NCBI GenBank assembly: GCA_944381055.1 | Contig: CALWJQ010000014.1 | Location: 8,537 to 72,536 of the forward strand | DNA length: 64,000 bases | Reading direction: 5' to 3' | Source of the DNA: an uncultured Clostridia bacterium | Lineage (GTDB): Bacteria; Bacillota; Clostridia; Oscillospirales; Butyricicoccaceae | Part shown: positions 9,166 to 18,411 of the stretch, piece by piece | Position numbering within the stretch: the first letter of the stretch is position 1 | Layout: every line of letters begins with the position of its first letter | Notes under the pieces: model-generated | The model's database searches: none | Told to the model about the DNA's origin: nothing | Seen by the model: only the letters and a program-made list of their open reading frames with translations | Made by a program: the position numbers and the translations under genes

Positions 9166-10347
9166 TTAATCGGCCCGCAGGGCGTCGACCGGCTGCAGCG
9201 CTGACGCCTTGACGGCCGGATACATGCCAAAGCCCACTCCCATTGCCAGCGAAAAGGCGAAGGCGGCGACCGTCATCCAGACGTCGGGCAGCAGGATCAT
9301 GTCGTAAATGGCCTTGCCCAGAATGAGCGACCCGGAGTAGCCGATGAAAATGCCGATGACTCCGCCGCACCCCGACAAAACGGTCGATTCGACCAGAAAC
9401 TGCGAAATAATGGTGCTGCGCTGTGCGCCGATGGCCTTTTTGATGCCGATTTCGCGTGTCCGTTCGGTGACGGTGACCAGCATGATGTTCATAATGCCGA
9501 TGCCGCCTACCAGCAGCGCAATGCCCGCGACGCCGCCCAGTACGACCTGCAGCGAAGCCGTCTCGTCTTCGGCCGCTTCCATGGCGTCATTGCCGTTTTC
9601 AACGTCGTACTCGCCCGTGTTTGTGTCAATATTTTCGATCAGCCAGTCTTCAACGGCTGCCATGACCGCCGACATCCCGGTTGACGACGTCACCTTGACG
9701 GTAAACCCGGTCACCGAATCGGTGCCCAGCATCTGCCGGTTGAGCGTATAGGGCACGACGATGGCGTCGTCCATCGACGATTCTTCGCCGCCGTCTTTTT
9801 GATAAAAGGTCCCCACCACGGTCAGCGGCGTCCCGTTGACCATCAGGGTTTCGCCCACCGCTTCACGGAACCCGAACAGCTCGTCGGCCACATAAGACCC
9901 GATGACGCAGACCCTGCTGCGGGCGTCGATGTCTTCGGCCAGCAGATCACGGCCCTCGTCAAGGGTGTAATTGTTGCAGGCCGACCACTGTTCGTTGCCG
10001 AAATACAAAATCGCCGTATCGTTGACGTTGCTGTAATATTTCAGCGTGCCCGACGCCGACGCGCTGGGGGTGACGCCGGTAATCTGGTCAGCCAGGCTCT
10101 CGCTGACCCAGCTCATAAACTCGCCCGACTGATCCATCGTGTTGGTGCGATCAAAATTGATGATGCTGACATTGACCTTGTTGACGCCCTGCTTTTCATA
10201 ATAGGCGGTCAGGTCGGCGTTGTAGCCCTGTACGACCGATACCAAAATGAGCACCGCGCCGACGCCGATGATAATGCCCAGCATGGTCAAAAACGAGCGG
10301 ATCTTTTTATCTTTTATCGACTCAAAAGCCATCAGGACAGAATCCAC
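9166..10347 (-). CDS. ABC transporter permease, FtsX/MacB type
   Basis: 393 aa with a GTG start 7 nt after GGAGG. One N-terminal TM helix, a large extracytoplasmic domain, then three C-terminal TM helices with the FtsX-type motif region (TERTREIGIKKAIGA). Confidence 0.85.
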   Translation of the reverse strand: MDSVLMAFESIKDKKIRSFLTMLGIIIGVGAVLILVSVVQGYNADLTAYYEKQGVNKVNVSIINFDRTNTMDQSGEFMSWVSESLADQITGVTPSASASGTLKYYSNVNDTAILYFGNEQWSACNNYTLDEGRDLLAEDIDARSRVCVIGSYVADELFGFREAVGETLMVNGTPLTVVGTFYQKDGGEESSMDDAIVVPYTLNRQMLGTDSVTGFTVKVTSSTGMSAVMAAVEDWLIENIDTNTGEYDVENGNDAMEAAEDETASLQVVLGGVAGIALLVGGIGIMNIMLVTVTERTREIGIKKAIGAQRSTIISQFLVESTVLSGCGGVIGIFIGYSGSLILGKAIYDMILLPDVWMTVAAFAFSLAMGVGFGMYPAVKASALQPVDALRAD

Positions 10348-10358
10348 TGCTGCACCTC

Positions 10359-11078
10359 CTAGAGATTTTCGTTGAGAGGCCTGGACTCGTCGGGCGTGTT
10401 GCGATAGTCCTCGGTGATATGGCCGTCCTGCAGCCGCACGACCCGTTCCGCTTTGGCAGCAATGCCGTTGTCGTGGGTGATGAGGATGACCGTCGTGCCG
10501 CCCCGGTGCAGGTCGCGCAGGATCTCCAGGACCTGCTGGCCCGTCTTGCTGTCGAGCGCGCCGGTCGGCTCGTCAGCCATGATAATGGGGGATTTTGTCG
10601 CAATGGCACGCGCAATGGCGACGCGCTGCTGCTGCCCGCCCGAAAGCTGGGCCGGCCGGCTTTCGGCCTTTTCAGTGATCCCGACGGCGTCGAGCGCTTC
10701 CAGCGCGCGCTGGTACCGTTCCGCCGGGCGCACCCCCTGATAGGTCATGGGCAGGGCGACGTTTTTCCACACCGGCAGCGACGGGATCAGGTTATAGCCC
10801 TGGAAAATAAAGCTGATTTTCCGGCTGCGGATCTCTGCCAGCTCGCGCTCTGTACGGTGGGCAACGGGCGTGCCGTCCAGCATGTATTCGCCGCGGGTCG
10901 GCACATCCAGGCAGCCGAGAATGTTCATCATGGTCGATTTTCCCGAACCCGACGCGCCGACGATGGCAACGAACTCGCCGTAATCGATGGACAGGCTGAC
11001 GCCATCGAGCGCCCGGACCTCGTTTTCCATGCCCTCGGCGTAAATTTTGTAAAGCTCGTTAATTTCTATCAGCTGCAT
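10359..11078 (-). CDS. ABC transporter ATP-binding protein (MacB/LolD-like)
   Basis: 239 aa. Walker [10 protein letters not shown], signature [14 protein letters not shown], Walker [13 protein letters not shown]. Confidence 0.9.
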   Translation of the reverse strand: MQLIEINELYKIYAEGMENEVRALDGVSLSIDYGEFVAIVGASGSGKSTMMNILGCLDVPTRGEYMLDGTPVAHRTERELAEIRSRKISFIFQGYNLIPSLPVWKNVALPMTYQGVRPAERYQRALEALDAVGITEKAESRPAQLSGGQQQRVAIARAIATKSPIIMADEPTGALDSKTGQQVLEILRDLHRGGTTVILITHDNGIAAKAERVVRLQDGHITEDYRNTPDESRPLNENL

Positions 11079-11087
11079 AGCCGTTCC

Positions 11088-12923
11088 TCAGTTCCGCCCG
11101 CCCGGCATACTGGGCATTCCGCCGCCAAAGTCAGGCATGTTCCCGCCGCCGAAATCAGGCATGTTCCCTCCGCCGAAGTCAGGCATATTCCCGCCGCCTT
11201 CGCCTTCGACGATCGAGGTCGAGTCGCCGCCCGACGGCGCGCTGTTCTGATACCGCAAAAAGACTTCCTGATCCTGTTCGGCCCCCGAGAGAATCTGGAT
11301 ATAATTTTCGTTGTAATCGCCGACCTCAACCGGTACGGCGTAATAGCCTTTGGGAAAATCTGTGACGCTGCCGCCGGCTGCGGCGGGGTCGACGGTGTTT
11401 TCCGGCTGTTTGTCCGAGCGGACAATCAGATAATATCCGTCGTCATAGGTGCACAGGGCGTTGAGCGGGGCCAGCACGGTCTCGGTCAGGGCGTCGCCGC
11501 CGCTGGTGTCGATGGCGTAGTACACCGTGACGCCCGAAGACAGCTCGCCCTGCGAATCGATGGTGATGGTGGCGGCAAAGGTGCTGACGCCGCTGCTGTT
11601 GGACGTCGCCTCAAGGCTGAGATAGGTCAGCGTGGCCGGATAAAAGACCGTGTCTGACGACGTGGTCCGGTAAACGGTCACTTCCATGCCCTCTTCCAGG
11701 TAATCCGCGTTGAGCTCGTCGACGTTGATGGAAATTTCCATGGATTCCTGGTTGTAAATTGAAATGCTGCCCGTGTCCGTCCCCGTCATCCAGTTGGTGT
11801 TGTAGTAAGCCGAAACGACCTGGCCGCTGATGTCGGCGTAGCGGGTGTACTCGGTATCAATTTCTTCCTGCAAATCGGCGATGTTTTTTTCATAATTGTC
11901 GATCTGCTTTTGCAGCGTTTCAAGCTGGGTCTCGTATTCCGAAGCGTCGACGGTAAACAGCAGATCGCCCGCCTCGACCCTCCCGTAGTCGATCACGTTG
12001 ACCTGCGTCAGCTCGCCCGAGGCGCCGGCCGTGATACTCTGCGCGCGGTTGTATTCGAGTTCGGCGTCGCCGGCGGCATAAATTTCGCCGGCCGCGCCGC
12101 CGCTCACCCACCCGGTCACTGTCGTCCCCTCGCTGAACGATCCGGGATTGTCAACGCTGACCGTCACGGCGAAACATTCCATGCCCTCGGGTGTGACATA
12201 ATCGACATACTGCACGTCGGTCACCGTCCCCGTGCGCGTCATCATCTGATCCTGCACCGACAAGGTGACATCCATTCCGGTGCGGATAACGTCCTGATAT
12301 GCATAGCTGAAATACAGGGTCGCTTTCATTGTGCTGTCGTCGATAAGCGTGGCCAGCACAGCCCCGTTCTGCACATTGTCGCCCTGCTCGACCTGCACGT
12401 CTTCGATGCGTCCGGAAAAATCAGCGGTGACGCGCTGGTTGGCGATGCTTTTCTGCAAATCGCTCACCTGCTCATACACCGTGTCCAGATTGACTTCATA
12501 CTCTAAAAGCTCGTCTTCAGCGTCTGACGAGTCGAGCACATACAGCAGATCGCCCGCCTTGACATCCTGCCCTTCTTCCACATGCCATTCCAGCACGGTC
12601 CCGCTGATTTCATAGGTCACCGAATCGGCCGGCGTCGTGGTTCCCGATCCCTCGATGGCTTCGTTGAGCGTGCCGTACGTCAGCGTACCGGTAACGGCTA
12701 CCCGCTCTTCTTCAGCGCCAAACAGCAGGTACAGGCCGCTGGCTGAACCGGTCAGCAGCGCGGCGACAATGACGCAGATGAGAATCCTTTTGCGCAGCCT
12801 GCCGCGCGGGCGCATCCTTTTTTCCGTCTTTTGACCGTGCACCGGTTTCTTCCAAAACCGCCGCGTTTTTTTATCGGCTGCGGGTTCTGCCGCGCCGTTT
12901 TCAGGCGCTGTCATCGGTTTCAT
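11088..12923 (-). CDS. HlyD/efflux periplasmic-adaptor (membrane fusion protein) family protein with Gly/Met-rich repeat tail
   Basis: GGAGGG RBS then ATG 12923 (MKPMTAPENG); the track start is 12959. One TM helix (ILICVIVAALLTGSASGLYLL), a lipoyl-like hairpin (VKAGDLLYVLD), coiled coils (EYETQLETLQKQIDNYEKNIADLQEEI) and a C-terminal GGGNMPDF x3 repeat. Confidence 0.8.
   Translation of the reverse strand: MKPMTAPENGAAEPAADKKTRRFWKKPVHGQKTEKRMRPRGRLRKRILICVIVAALLTGSASGLYLLFGAEEERVAVTGTLTYGTLNEAIEGSGTTTPADSVTYEISGTVLEWHVEEGQDVKAGDLLYVLDSSDAEDELLEYEVNLDTVYEQVSDLQKSIANQRVTADFSGRIEDVQVEQGDNVQNGAVLATLIDDSTMKATLYFSYAYQDVIRTGMDVTLSVQDQMMTRTGTVTDVQYVDYVTPEGMECFAVTVSVDNPGSFSEGTTVTGWVSGGAAGEIYAAGDAELEYNRAQSITAGASGELTQVNVIDYGRVEAGDLLFTVDASEYETQLETLQKQIDNYEKNIADLQEEIDTEYTRYADISGQVVSAYYNTNWMTGTDTGSISIYNQESMEISINVDELNADYLEEGMEVTVYRTTSSDTVFYPATLTYLSLEATSNSSGVSTFAATITIDSQGELSSGVTVYYAIDTSGGDALTETVLAPLNALCTYDDGYYLIVRSDKQPENTVDPAAAGGSVTDFPKGYYAVPVEVGDYNENYIQILSGAEQDQEVFLRYQNSAPSGGDSTSIVEGEGGGNMPDFGGGNMPDFGGGNMPDFGGGMPSMPGGRN
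11119..11198 (-). repeat. 24-bp in-frame tandem repeat (3 copies plus a partial copy) encoding GGGNMPDF
   Basis: Units at 11119..11142, 11143..11166 and 11167..11190 differ at a few third-position-type sites. A partial copy runs to 11198. Confidence 0.9.
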
Positions 12924-13073
12924 AAAAGCCCTCCGTTTCAAACAGTGTGCGCTCATCATACCCCCTTTACCTTAAATAAACCTAAAAGGGAAAACAGGAT
13001 GTCGATATTTTCCCTCCTGCTTCGGCACTTTTCATTTTCAGCACTGAAAAGCCGTGTCTTTCCAGCGCTTATA

Positions 13074-13082
13074 TGGTATAAT
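13074..13082 (+). promoter_or_regulatory. extended -10 element (TGgTATAAT) upstream of the response regulator gene
   Basis: TGGTATAAT at 13074..13082. The -35 region is poor (GTGTCT). It lies 76 nt upstream of ATG 13158. Confidence 0.4.
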
Positions 13083-13086
13083 GTCG

Positions 13087-13118
13087 TTGATTTAAAGCCG
13101 TTTTTTATCTTGATTTAA
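13087..13118. promoter_or_regulatory. direct repeat TTGATTTAA x2 (candidate OmpR-family response-regulator box)
   Basis: TTGATTTAA at 13087..13095 and 13110..13118, a 23-bp offset. Both lie in the intergenic region shared by the efflux operon and the two-component system. Confidence 0.3.
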
Positions 13119-13157
13119 GGTTGAGGCGTAAAAATATAAAGCAGGAGGTGACGCGAC

Positions 13158-13835
13158 ATGCGCCTGTTGCTGGCAGAAGACGAACGTTCCCTTTCCCGTG
13201 CCATTGTCGCCATTTTAGAACACAGCCACTATTCGGTCGACGCCGTGTACGACGGCGAGGACGCGCTGGCCTATCTTGAAGCCGGCAACTATGACGGGCT
13301 GATTTTGGATCTGATGATGCCCAAACTGGACGGGCTGACCGTGCTGCGCATTTTGCGCGCCCGGGGCAGCCGGCTGCCCGTCCTCATCCTGACGGCCAAA
13401 TCTGAAATCAGCGACAAGGTCGAGGGGCTGGATTCCGGCGCAAACGACTACCTGACCAAACCCTTTTCCACCGCCGAGCTTCTGGCGCGCATCCGGGCCA
13501 TGACGCGCAGCCAGACCGCGCAGCCGACTTCGCGCATCCAGGTCGGCAACATCACGCTCGACCGCACGACCTTTGATCTGTCGTCGCCGTCCGGCAGCTT
13601 CCGGCTGGCCAACAAAGAGTTCCAGATGCTCGAGCTTTTGATGAACAACCCCCGCCAGCTCATCCCGTCCGAACGCTTTCTGGAACGCATCTGGGGCTAT
13701 GACAGCGACGCCGGGATCAACGTGGTATGGGTGTACATTTCATATCTGCGCAAAAAGCTGGCCGCTCTCGGTGCCGACATCGAGATCCGCGCGGCGCGCA
13801 ACGCCGGATATTCACTGGACATGCGCCATGATTAA
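13158..13835 (+). CDS. OmpR-family response regulator
   Basis: 225 aa. Receiver domain (LLLAEDERSL...LILDLMMPKLDG) plus a winged-helix trans_reg_C domain (LANKEFQMLELLMNNPRQLI...GYSL). AGGAGG RBS. Confidence 0.9.
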   Translation: MRLLLAEDERSLSRAIVAILEHSHYSVDAVYDGEDALAYLEAGNYDGLILDLMMPKLDGLTVLRILRARGSRLPVLILTAKSEISDKVEGLDSGANDYLTKPFSTAELLARIRAMTRSQTAQPTSRIQVGNITLDRTTFDLSSPSGSFRLANKEFQMLELLMNNPRQLIPSERFLERIWGYDSDAGINVVWVYISYLRKKLAALGADIEIRAARNAGYSLDMRHD

Positions 13836-15060
13836 AAAATTGCAGGTCCGTCTGATCGCCGTCGCCATGCTGTCGCTCCTTCTGGTTCTGGTTGTCATCA
13901 TCGGCAGCATCAACCTGTTCAACTTCAGGCGCATCGCCCATGATTCCGACGGCGTCCTGCGCTTTTTGTCCGATCACGGCGGGACGTTTCCGTCGTCCGA
14001 GCCGCCTTTTGACGATTGGCCCGGCCCGGGGCCGATGTCCCCTGAGCTGCCCTTCGAGCTTCGTTACTTTTCTGTCGAGCTCGCGGCCGACGGCAGCGCC
14101 GTCTCGACCAATACGGCCCGCATCGCCGCCATCGACGATGAAACGGCGGTCGACTATGCGCTCAGGGTCGCGCGCCGCGGCGACGAATACGGTTTTATCG
14201 GGGAATACCGCTTTTACGCGCAGCCCAGCTCGCAGGGCGGCCGCCACATTGTCTTTCTCGACTGCGGCCGCACCCTGGCCACCGCCCGGGATTTTCTCGT
14301 CACCAGCTGCTGGGTCAGCCTGGCGGGGCTGCTCGCCGTTCTTCTGCTTGTCATCCTGCTGTCCCGGTACTTTGTCCGGCCTATTTCCGAAAGCTATGAA
14401 AAACAGCGGCGTTTCATCACCGACGCGGGGCATGAGATCAAGACCCCCATCACCATTATCAGCGCCGACGCGCAGCTTCTTGAAATGGAAATTGGCGACA
14501 ACGAGTGGCTGCGGGATATCCAGGCCCAGTCCAAACGCCTGGCTGATTTGACGGGCGATTTGATTTACCTGGCCCGCATCGAAGAACTGCAGGACCGGCT
14601 GCCCATGATAGAGTTCCCCTTTTCCGATCTTGTGAGCGAGCTGGCCCAGTCCTTTCAGGCGCCGGCCGCGGCGCAGGGGAAATCGCTTGCCATCGACGTT
14701 GAGCCCATGCTCACCCTGTGCGGCGATGAAAAATCCCTGCGCCAGCTGGTGTCCATCCTGCTCGACAACGCGCTCAAATACTCCGACGCGGGCAGCTGTA
14801 TTTCCGTTTCCCTGCATCCCCAGGCGCGCTACCTGTGCCTGAAGGTGTGCAACGTCACGCACTCGATCGAGCCCCGGGATCTGGATCGCATTTTTGACCG
14901 GTTCTATCGGGCCGACCCGTCGCGCAGCTCGCAAAGCGGCGGCTACGGCATCGGGCTGTCCATCGCCAACGCCGTTGTCGCCGCCCATAAAGGGAAAATC
15001 AGCGCCTCGGCCCCCGACGCAAACACCCTGCACATCACCGTGCTGCTCCCTTCCGGATAG
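13828..15060 (+). CDS. sensor histidine kinase
   Basis: ATG 13828 overlaps the regulator stop (ATGATTAA), so the track start 13699 is unlikely. Two TM helices flank an extracytoplasmic domain of about 150 aa. H-box HEIKTPIT and an HATPase_c domain (GGYGIGLSIA). Confidence 0.9.
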   Translation: MIKKLQVRLIAVAMLSLLLVLVVIIGSINLFNFRRIAHDSDGVLRFLSDHGGTFPSSEPPFDDWPGPGPMSPELPFELRYFSVELAADGSAVSTNTARIAAIDDETAVDYALRVARRGDEYGFIGEYRFYAQPSSQGGRHIVFLDCGRTLATARDFLVTSCWVSLAGLLAVLLLVILLSRYFVRPISESYEKQRRFITDAGHEIKTPITIISADAQLLEMEIGDNEWLRDIQAQSKRLADLTGDLIYLARIEELQDRLPMIEFPFSDLVSELAQSFQAPAAAQGKSLAIDVEPMLTLCGDEKSLRQLVSILLDNALKYSDAGSCISVSLHPQARYLCLKVCNVTHSIEPRDLDRIFDRFYRADPSRSSQSGGYGIGLSIANAVVAAHKGKISASAPDANTLHITVLLPSG

Positions 15061-15061
15061 T

Positions 15062-15100
15062 AAAAAAAGCCCGCGGATCGATGCGATCCGCGGGCCTTTT
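15062..15100. terminator. bidirectional rho-independent terminator
   Basis: A-run, then 12-bp stem GCCCGCGGATCG / CGATCCGCGGGC with a 3-nt loop, then a T-run. It sits between the convergent kinase and peptidase genes. Confidence 0.85.
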
Positions 15101-15108
15101 GCCGTTGT

Positions 15109-16485
15109 TTACCGGTGTTCTCTCAGGTACTGCATGACCAGCAATCCGCTTTCCAGCTGAATGGACACCAGCTTGCGGATGGGCACGGCCTCGTAATCGA
15201 TGGCCTCTTCCAGGTATTGCGCCAGCTTTTCAAAAGCGGCCAGCGATTTTTCCCGGCCGGCCTGCATTGCGGCGCGCTTTTCGGCGTCGTCTCCCGCCCG
15301 TTCCAGTTCGTGTTCGTGCATCCGCACCAGCACGCCGAAGGACAGCAGCTTGTAGACCTTGTTGACGAGCGTGTTGGAAAACACTTCGGCGACCGTCGCT
15401 TTCTTGGCGTATTCCGGGTTTTCCTGCACCATTTTACGCGTCGCGCCGCTGGTCGAACGCGTCGTAAAGGAATCGAGCGTCGTCTTAAACGGGTTGTCCG
15501 CACCGACATACGGGGCGGCCGCGGCGACGGCGTCCCGGATAAAATCGTTGCTCGCGTCTTCAAAATCCAGCTTTTCCAGCACGACGTCGCGGCGCACCCG
15601 ATCGCTTTCCGACCGGTCATCAATCCGCTTGTCAAAGAAATAGGGCAGCTCGGTCACCAGCGTGAACGCGCCGCAGGCCTTTTCTGCGTATTCAGCGCTG
15701 CAATCGCCCTGCTTGATCCGGTTTGCCAGATCCGTGACGCCGTTGCTTTCCATGTAATCATAACTGTCGCGCGTCGACGTCTTTTGGTAAATCGCCGGCG
15801 CGTATGCCTTGCAGTACGGCATTTCAGGTTCGCCCAGGTTGAGCGGCACCTGCTGGCGGTTGGCCGCCGCGTACATCTGTTCGCGGATTTCAGGCACGTC
15901 GTGCGAAACATACCAGTAGACGCCGCCGAACCCGGCGTTGTGCAGCGAATAGACAAACCGCGGCCGGATTTCGTCGATCAGCTTCATCATGGCCTGCGTC
16001 TCCGGGATAGGCGAGTGGAAATGCAGGTCCTTGTAGTCGATGGGAAAGGTCCAGTCGACCTGCTGATGGCCGGCGGGACGGAAAAAATTGCGCGCGTAAT
16101 GGGTGATGGTGAAGGGGCCTTTGAACCACCCCTCGTTCAGCCGGGTCGCATCGCAGTCCCACGACTTGACGATATAGCATGTGTACCCCAGCGCTTTCTG
16201 CAGTTCAGGGCTTTCCGCCAGCTTCCACGAAAAATGTTCGAGCAGCATGGCGCCGATCGGTTCATTGGGGTGCGGGCAGCCGAACAGCAGGGCGTTTTCC
16301 GGCCCGCTGCCGATTTTCAGGCAGTACAGCGGGCTGCCGGCCCGCGAACGCCCGATTTCCGTCAGCGTCACACATTCCGGGTGGGCTTCGGCCAGCCTTT
16401 TCGAGCTTTCGTCCATTTCGTCTACCGTCATAAAGGTCTTGTAATCGGGGATACTGTCAAGCAGTTTCTGAAAAATTTCCTGCAT
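15109..16485 (-). CDS. M14-like zinc carboxypeptidase family protein (no signal peptide)
   Basis: 458 aa. HxxE zinc motif in GCPHPNEPIG and a later SLHNAGFGG, consistent with an M14-type fold. No N-terminal hydrophobic segment. Confidence 0.6.
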   Translation of the reverse strand: MQEIFQKLLDSIPDYKTFMTVDEMDESSKRLAEAHPECVTLTEIGRSRAGSPLYCLKIGSGPENALLFGCPHPNEPIGAMLLEHFSWKLAESPELQKALGYTCYIVKSWDCDATRLNEGWFKGPFTITHYARNFFRPAGHQQVDWTFPIDYKDLHFHSPIPETQAMMKLIDEIRPRFVYSLHNAGFGGVYWYVSHDVPEIREQMYAAANRQQVPLNLGEPEMPYCKAYAPAIYQKTSTRDSYDYMESNGVTDLANRIKQGDCSAEYAEKACGAFTLVTELPYFFDKRIDDRSESDRVRRDVVLEKLDFEDASNDFIRDAVAAAAPYVGADNPFKTTLDSFTTRSTSGATRKMVQENPEYAKKATVAEVFSNTLVNKVYKLLSFGVLVRMHEHELERAGDDAEKRAAMQAGREKSLAAFEKLAQYLEEAIDYEAVPIRKLVSIQLESGLLVMQYLREHR

Positions 16486-16548
16486 CTCAACTCTCCTTTC
16501 TCGATGTGAACAAGCAGTCCCGGCGGAATGCCGGGACTGTTTGTGCGT

Positions 16549-18408
16549 TTATTCGAGGCCCATATGCTTTTTGACAAAGGCCAGGACTTTGGGATAGCAG
16601 TCAAGCTTGTTTTTGAGCTTGCTCAGGCCGTGGCCCTCATCAGGATAGACCAGCATCTGCGCGTCGACGCCGCGGCTTTGCAGGTATTCCATGGTCTGGT
16701 GCGCTTCGCTGACCGGCACGCGCGGATCGTTCTGGCCGTGGATGATCATGAGCGGCCCGCGGATACCGTCGACAGCGGCGACGGGCGAAACGTTGAACAG
16801 CGTCTCGCGGTCATGCGCCAGGGTGCCGTATTCGCTCTCGCGGTGCGGGCGGCGGTACGGCGCGGTGTTTTCAAGGAAGGTCACCAGGTTGAACATGCCG
16901 ACCGTGCAGACGGCGCAGCACCACAGCTCGGGGTAGCGCGCGGCGCACGACAGCGTCATAAAGCCGCCGTAGCTTGCGCCCATGACGCCGATGCGGTCTT
17001 TGTCGGCCACGCCGGTTTCGACCAGATGCTTGACCAGCGCTTCGATGTCCTTGACGCTGTCCAGGCGTTTTTCGACGTCGTCCAGGTGGGAATAGCGCTT
17101 GCCGTAGCCCGTCGAGCCGCGCACGTTGGGTTCGACGACGGCGATGCCCTGCGAGACATAGTACTGCAAAAGTTCTTTGCCGGTCAGGCCGGGGCGGCTC
17201 TGCCCTTCGGGCCCGCCGTGGATCGACACCATGACGGGCAGGTTTTTGGCCTCTTTGCCGTGCGGGACATAGAGGAAGTACGGGACTTCGAGCCCGTCGA
17301 ACGATTGAAAGGAATGTTTGGTCGCTTCGGTCAGATCGTCAGCCGTCAGGCCCTCGGACATGCTGCAGCTTAAACGGCGCAGGGCGTCTTTCTGCATGTC
17401 GAGCACCCACACGTCCTGCGGGCGCTTGCCGCTCGTAACGGTAAAGGCCAGGCGCAGCCCTTCGGGCGCCCACGAAACCGAACCGAACACCCCTTTGGGC
17501 GGCTGCGGCAGGTTGCAGAACGCCTTGTCCTGCAAGTCGTACACATACAGGGACGAGTAGCCGTCTTCATTGACGAGCGCGGCGAGGTAGCGGCCGCACG
17601 GCGACAGGGCGATCTCTTCGACATCCCACGGGAAGGTCAGGACGTCTTCGTATTTCCCTGTCGCGACGTCGCAGCGGGCGACACGGAAGAAATCGCTGTT
17701 TTCGTCGGTGATGAAGTAAAACGCCGAGGAATCGGGGGTAAAGACCGGGTGGGTCGCGGCCGAAACCGTCGTGGTGTCGGGGCGGCGGCAGGGTTTGCCG
17801 GTCTCGGTGTCCACCATCCACAGCGCGTTATTCGACGCGCCGAGCAGCTTGTTGTACAAAAGGTATTTCCCGTTGGGCGACAGCGCGGCCGGGGTGTTGT
17901 AGTTGTCGGTGTTTTGCAGAATCATGCGCTTTTCGCCCGACTCTGTATCCAGGGCTTCGATGTCAAAGGTCTGTTTGTCGCGCGCGTTGCACGAAAAGAC
18001 CAGCGTCTTGCCGTCCGGCATGAGCCCGCCGAGGAAGAAGCGGGTTGCGGGGTCGCCCGTCACGTCACGCGGCCCGTCCTGGCCCAGGATGTAAAGCTGT
18101 TCGTTTTCCGTGCCGCCCACATCCGAGCTGTAAACAATGACGCCGTCTTTGGAGTAAAGGCGCCAAATCTGCTCCTGCGTGGAATACAGGGCCTTGCTTT
18201 CGCCGGTGCACGAGTCGGCGCGCACAATGGTCTTGCCGCCGGTCCCGGTCTGCACAAACAGGACGTGATTTTTGTCCAGCCACCGCACAGCCTTGCAGCT
18301 GCCCATGCTGAGATAGGTCTGAAGTTCGCTCATCGTTCTCTGCACCCTTTCGTCTATGGTATTGGCGTTCGCCGCTTCTATTGTACCATAAAATCCCCGC
18401 TTGTACAC
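16549..18408 (-). CDS. S9 family serine peptidase (prolyl oligopeptidase / acylaminoacyl-peptidase type)
   Basis: 619 aa. N-terminal beta-propeller-like region and a C-terminal alpha/beta hydrolase domain with the nucleophile motif GASYGGF. A late D and H are also present (HGQNDPRV, DEGHG). The GTG start lies 3 nt after the upstream ABC ATPase stop; an alternative ATG at 18333 is possible. Confidence 0.85.
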   Translation of the reverse strand: MYKRGFYGTIEAANANTIDERVQRTMSELQTYLSMGSCKAVRWLDKNHVLFVQTGTGGKTIVRADSCTGESKALYSTQEQIWRLYSKDGVIVYSSDVGGTENEQLYILGQDGPRDVTGDPATRFFLGGLMPDGKTLVFSCNARDKQTFDIEALDTESGEKRMILQNTDNYNTPAALSPNGKYLLYNKLLGASNNALWMVDTETGKPCRRPDTTTVSAATHPVFTPDSSAFYFITDENSDFFRVARCDVATGKYEDVLTFPWDVEEIALSPCGRYLAALVNEDGYSSLYVYDLQDKAFCNLPQPPKGVFGSVSWAPEGLRLAFTVTSGKRPQDVWVLDMQKDALRRLSCSMSEGLTADDLTEATKHSFQSFDGLEVPYFLYVPHGKEAKNLPVMVSIHGGPEGQSRPGLTGKELLQYYVSQGIAVVEPNVRGSTGYGKRYSHLDDVEKRLDSVKDIEALVKHLVETGVADKDRIGVMGASYGGFMTLSCAARYPELWCCAVCTVGMFNLVTFLENTAPYRRPHRESEYGTLAHDRETLFNVSPVAAVDGIRGPLMIIHGQNDPRVPVSEAHQTMEYLQSRGVDAQMLVYPDEGHGLSKLKNKLDCYPKVLAFVKKHMGLE

Positions 18409-18411
18409 CCT

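Noticed and set aside
16515-16539. Hairpin CAGTCCCGGC-ggaat-GCCGGGACTG between the S9 and M14-like peptidase genes, considered as a terminator.
   Set aside because: Its T-run lies on the plus-strand side while both flanking genes are on the minus strand. It may be a weak or partial terminator or an RNA-stability element, so it was not called as a feature.
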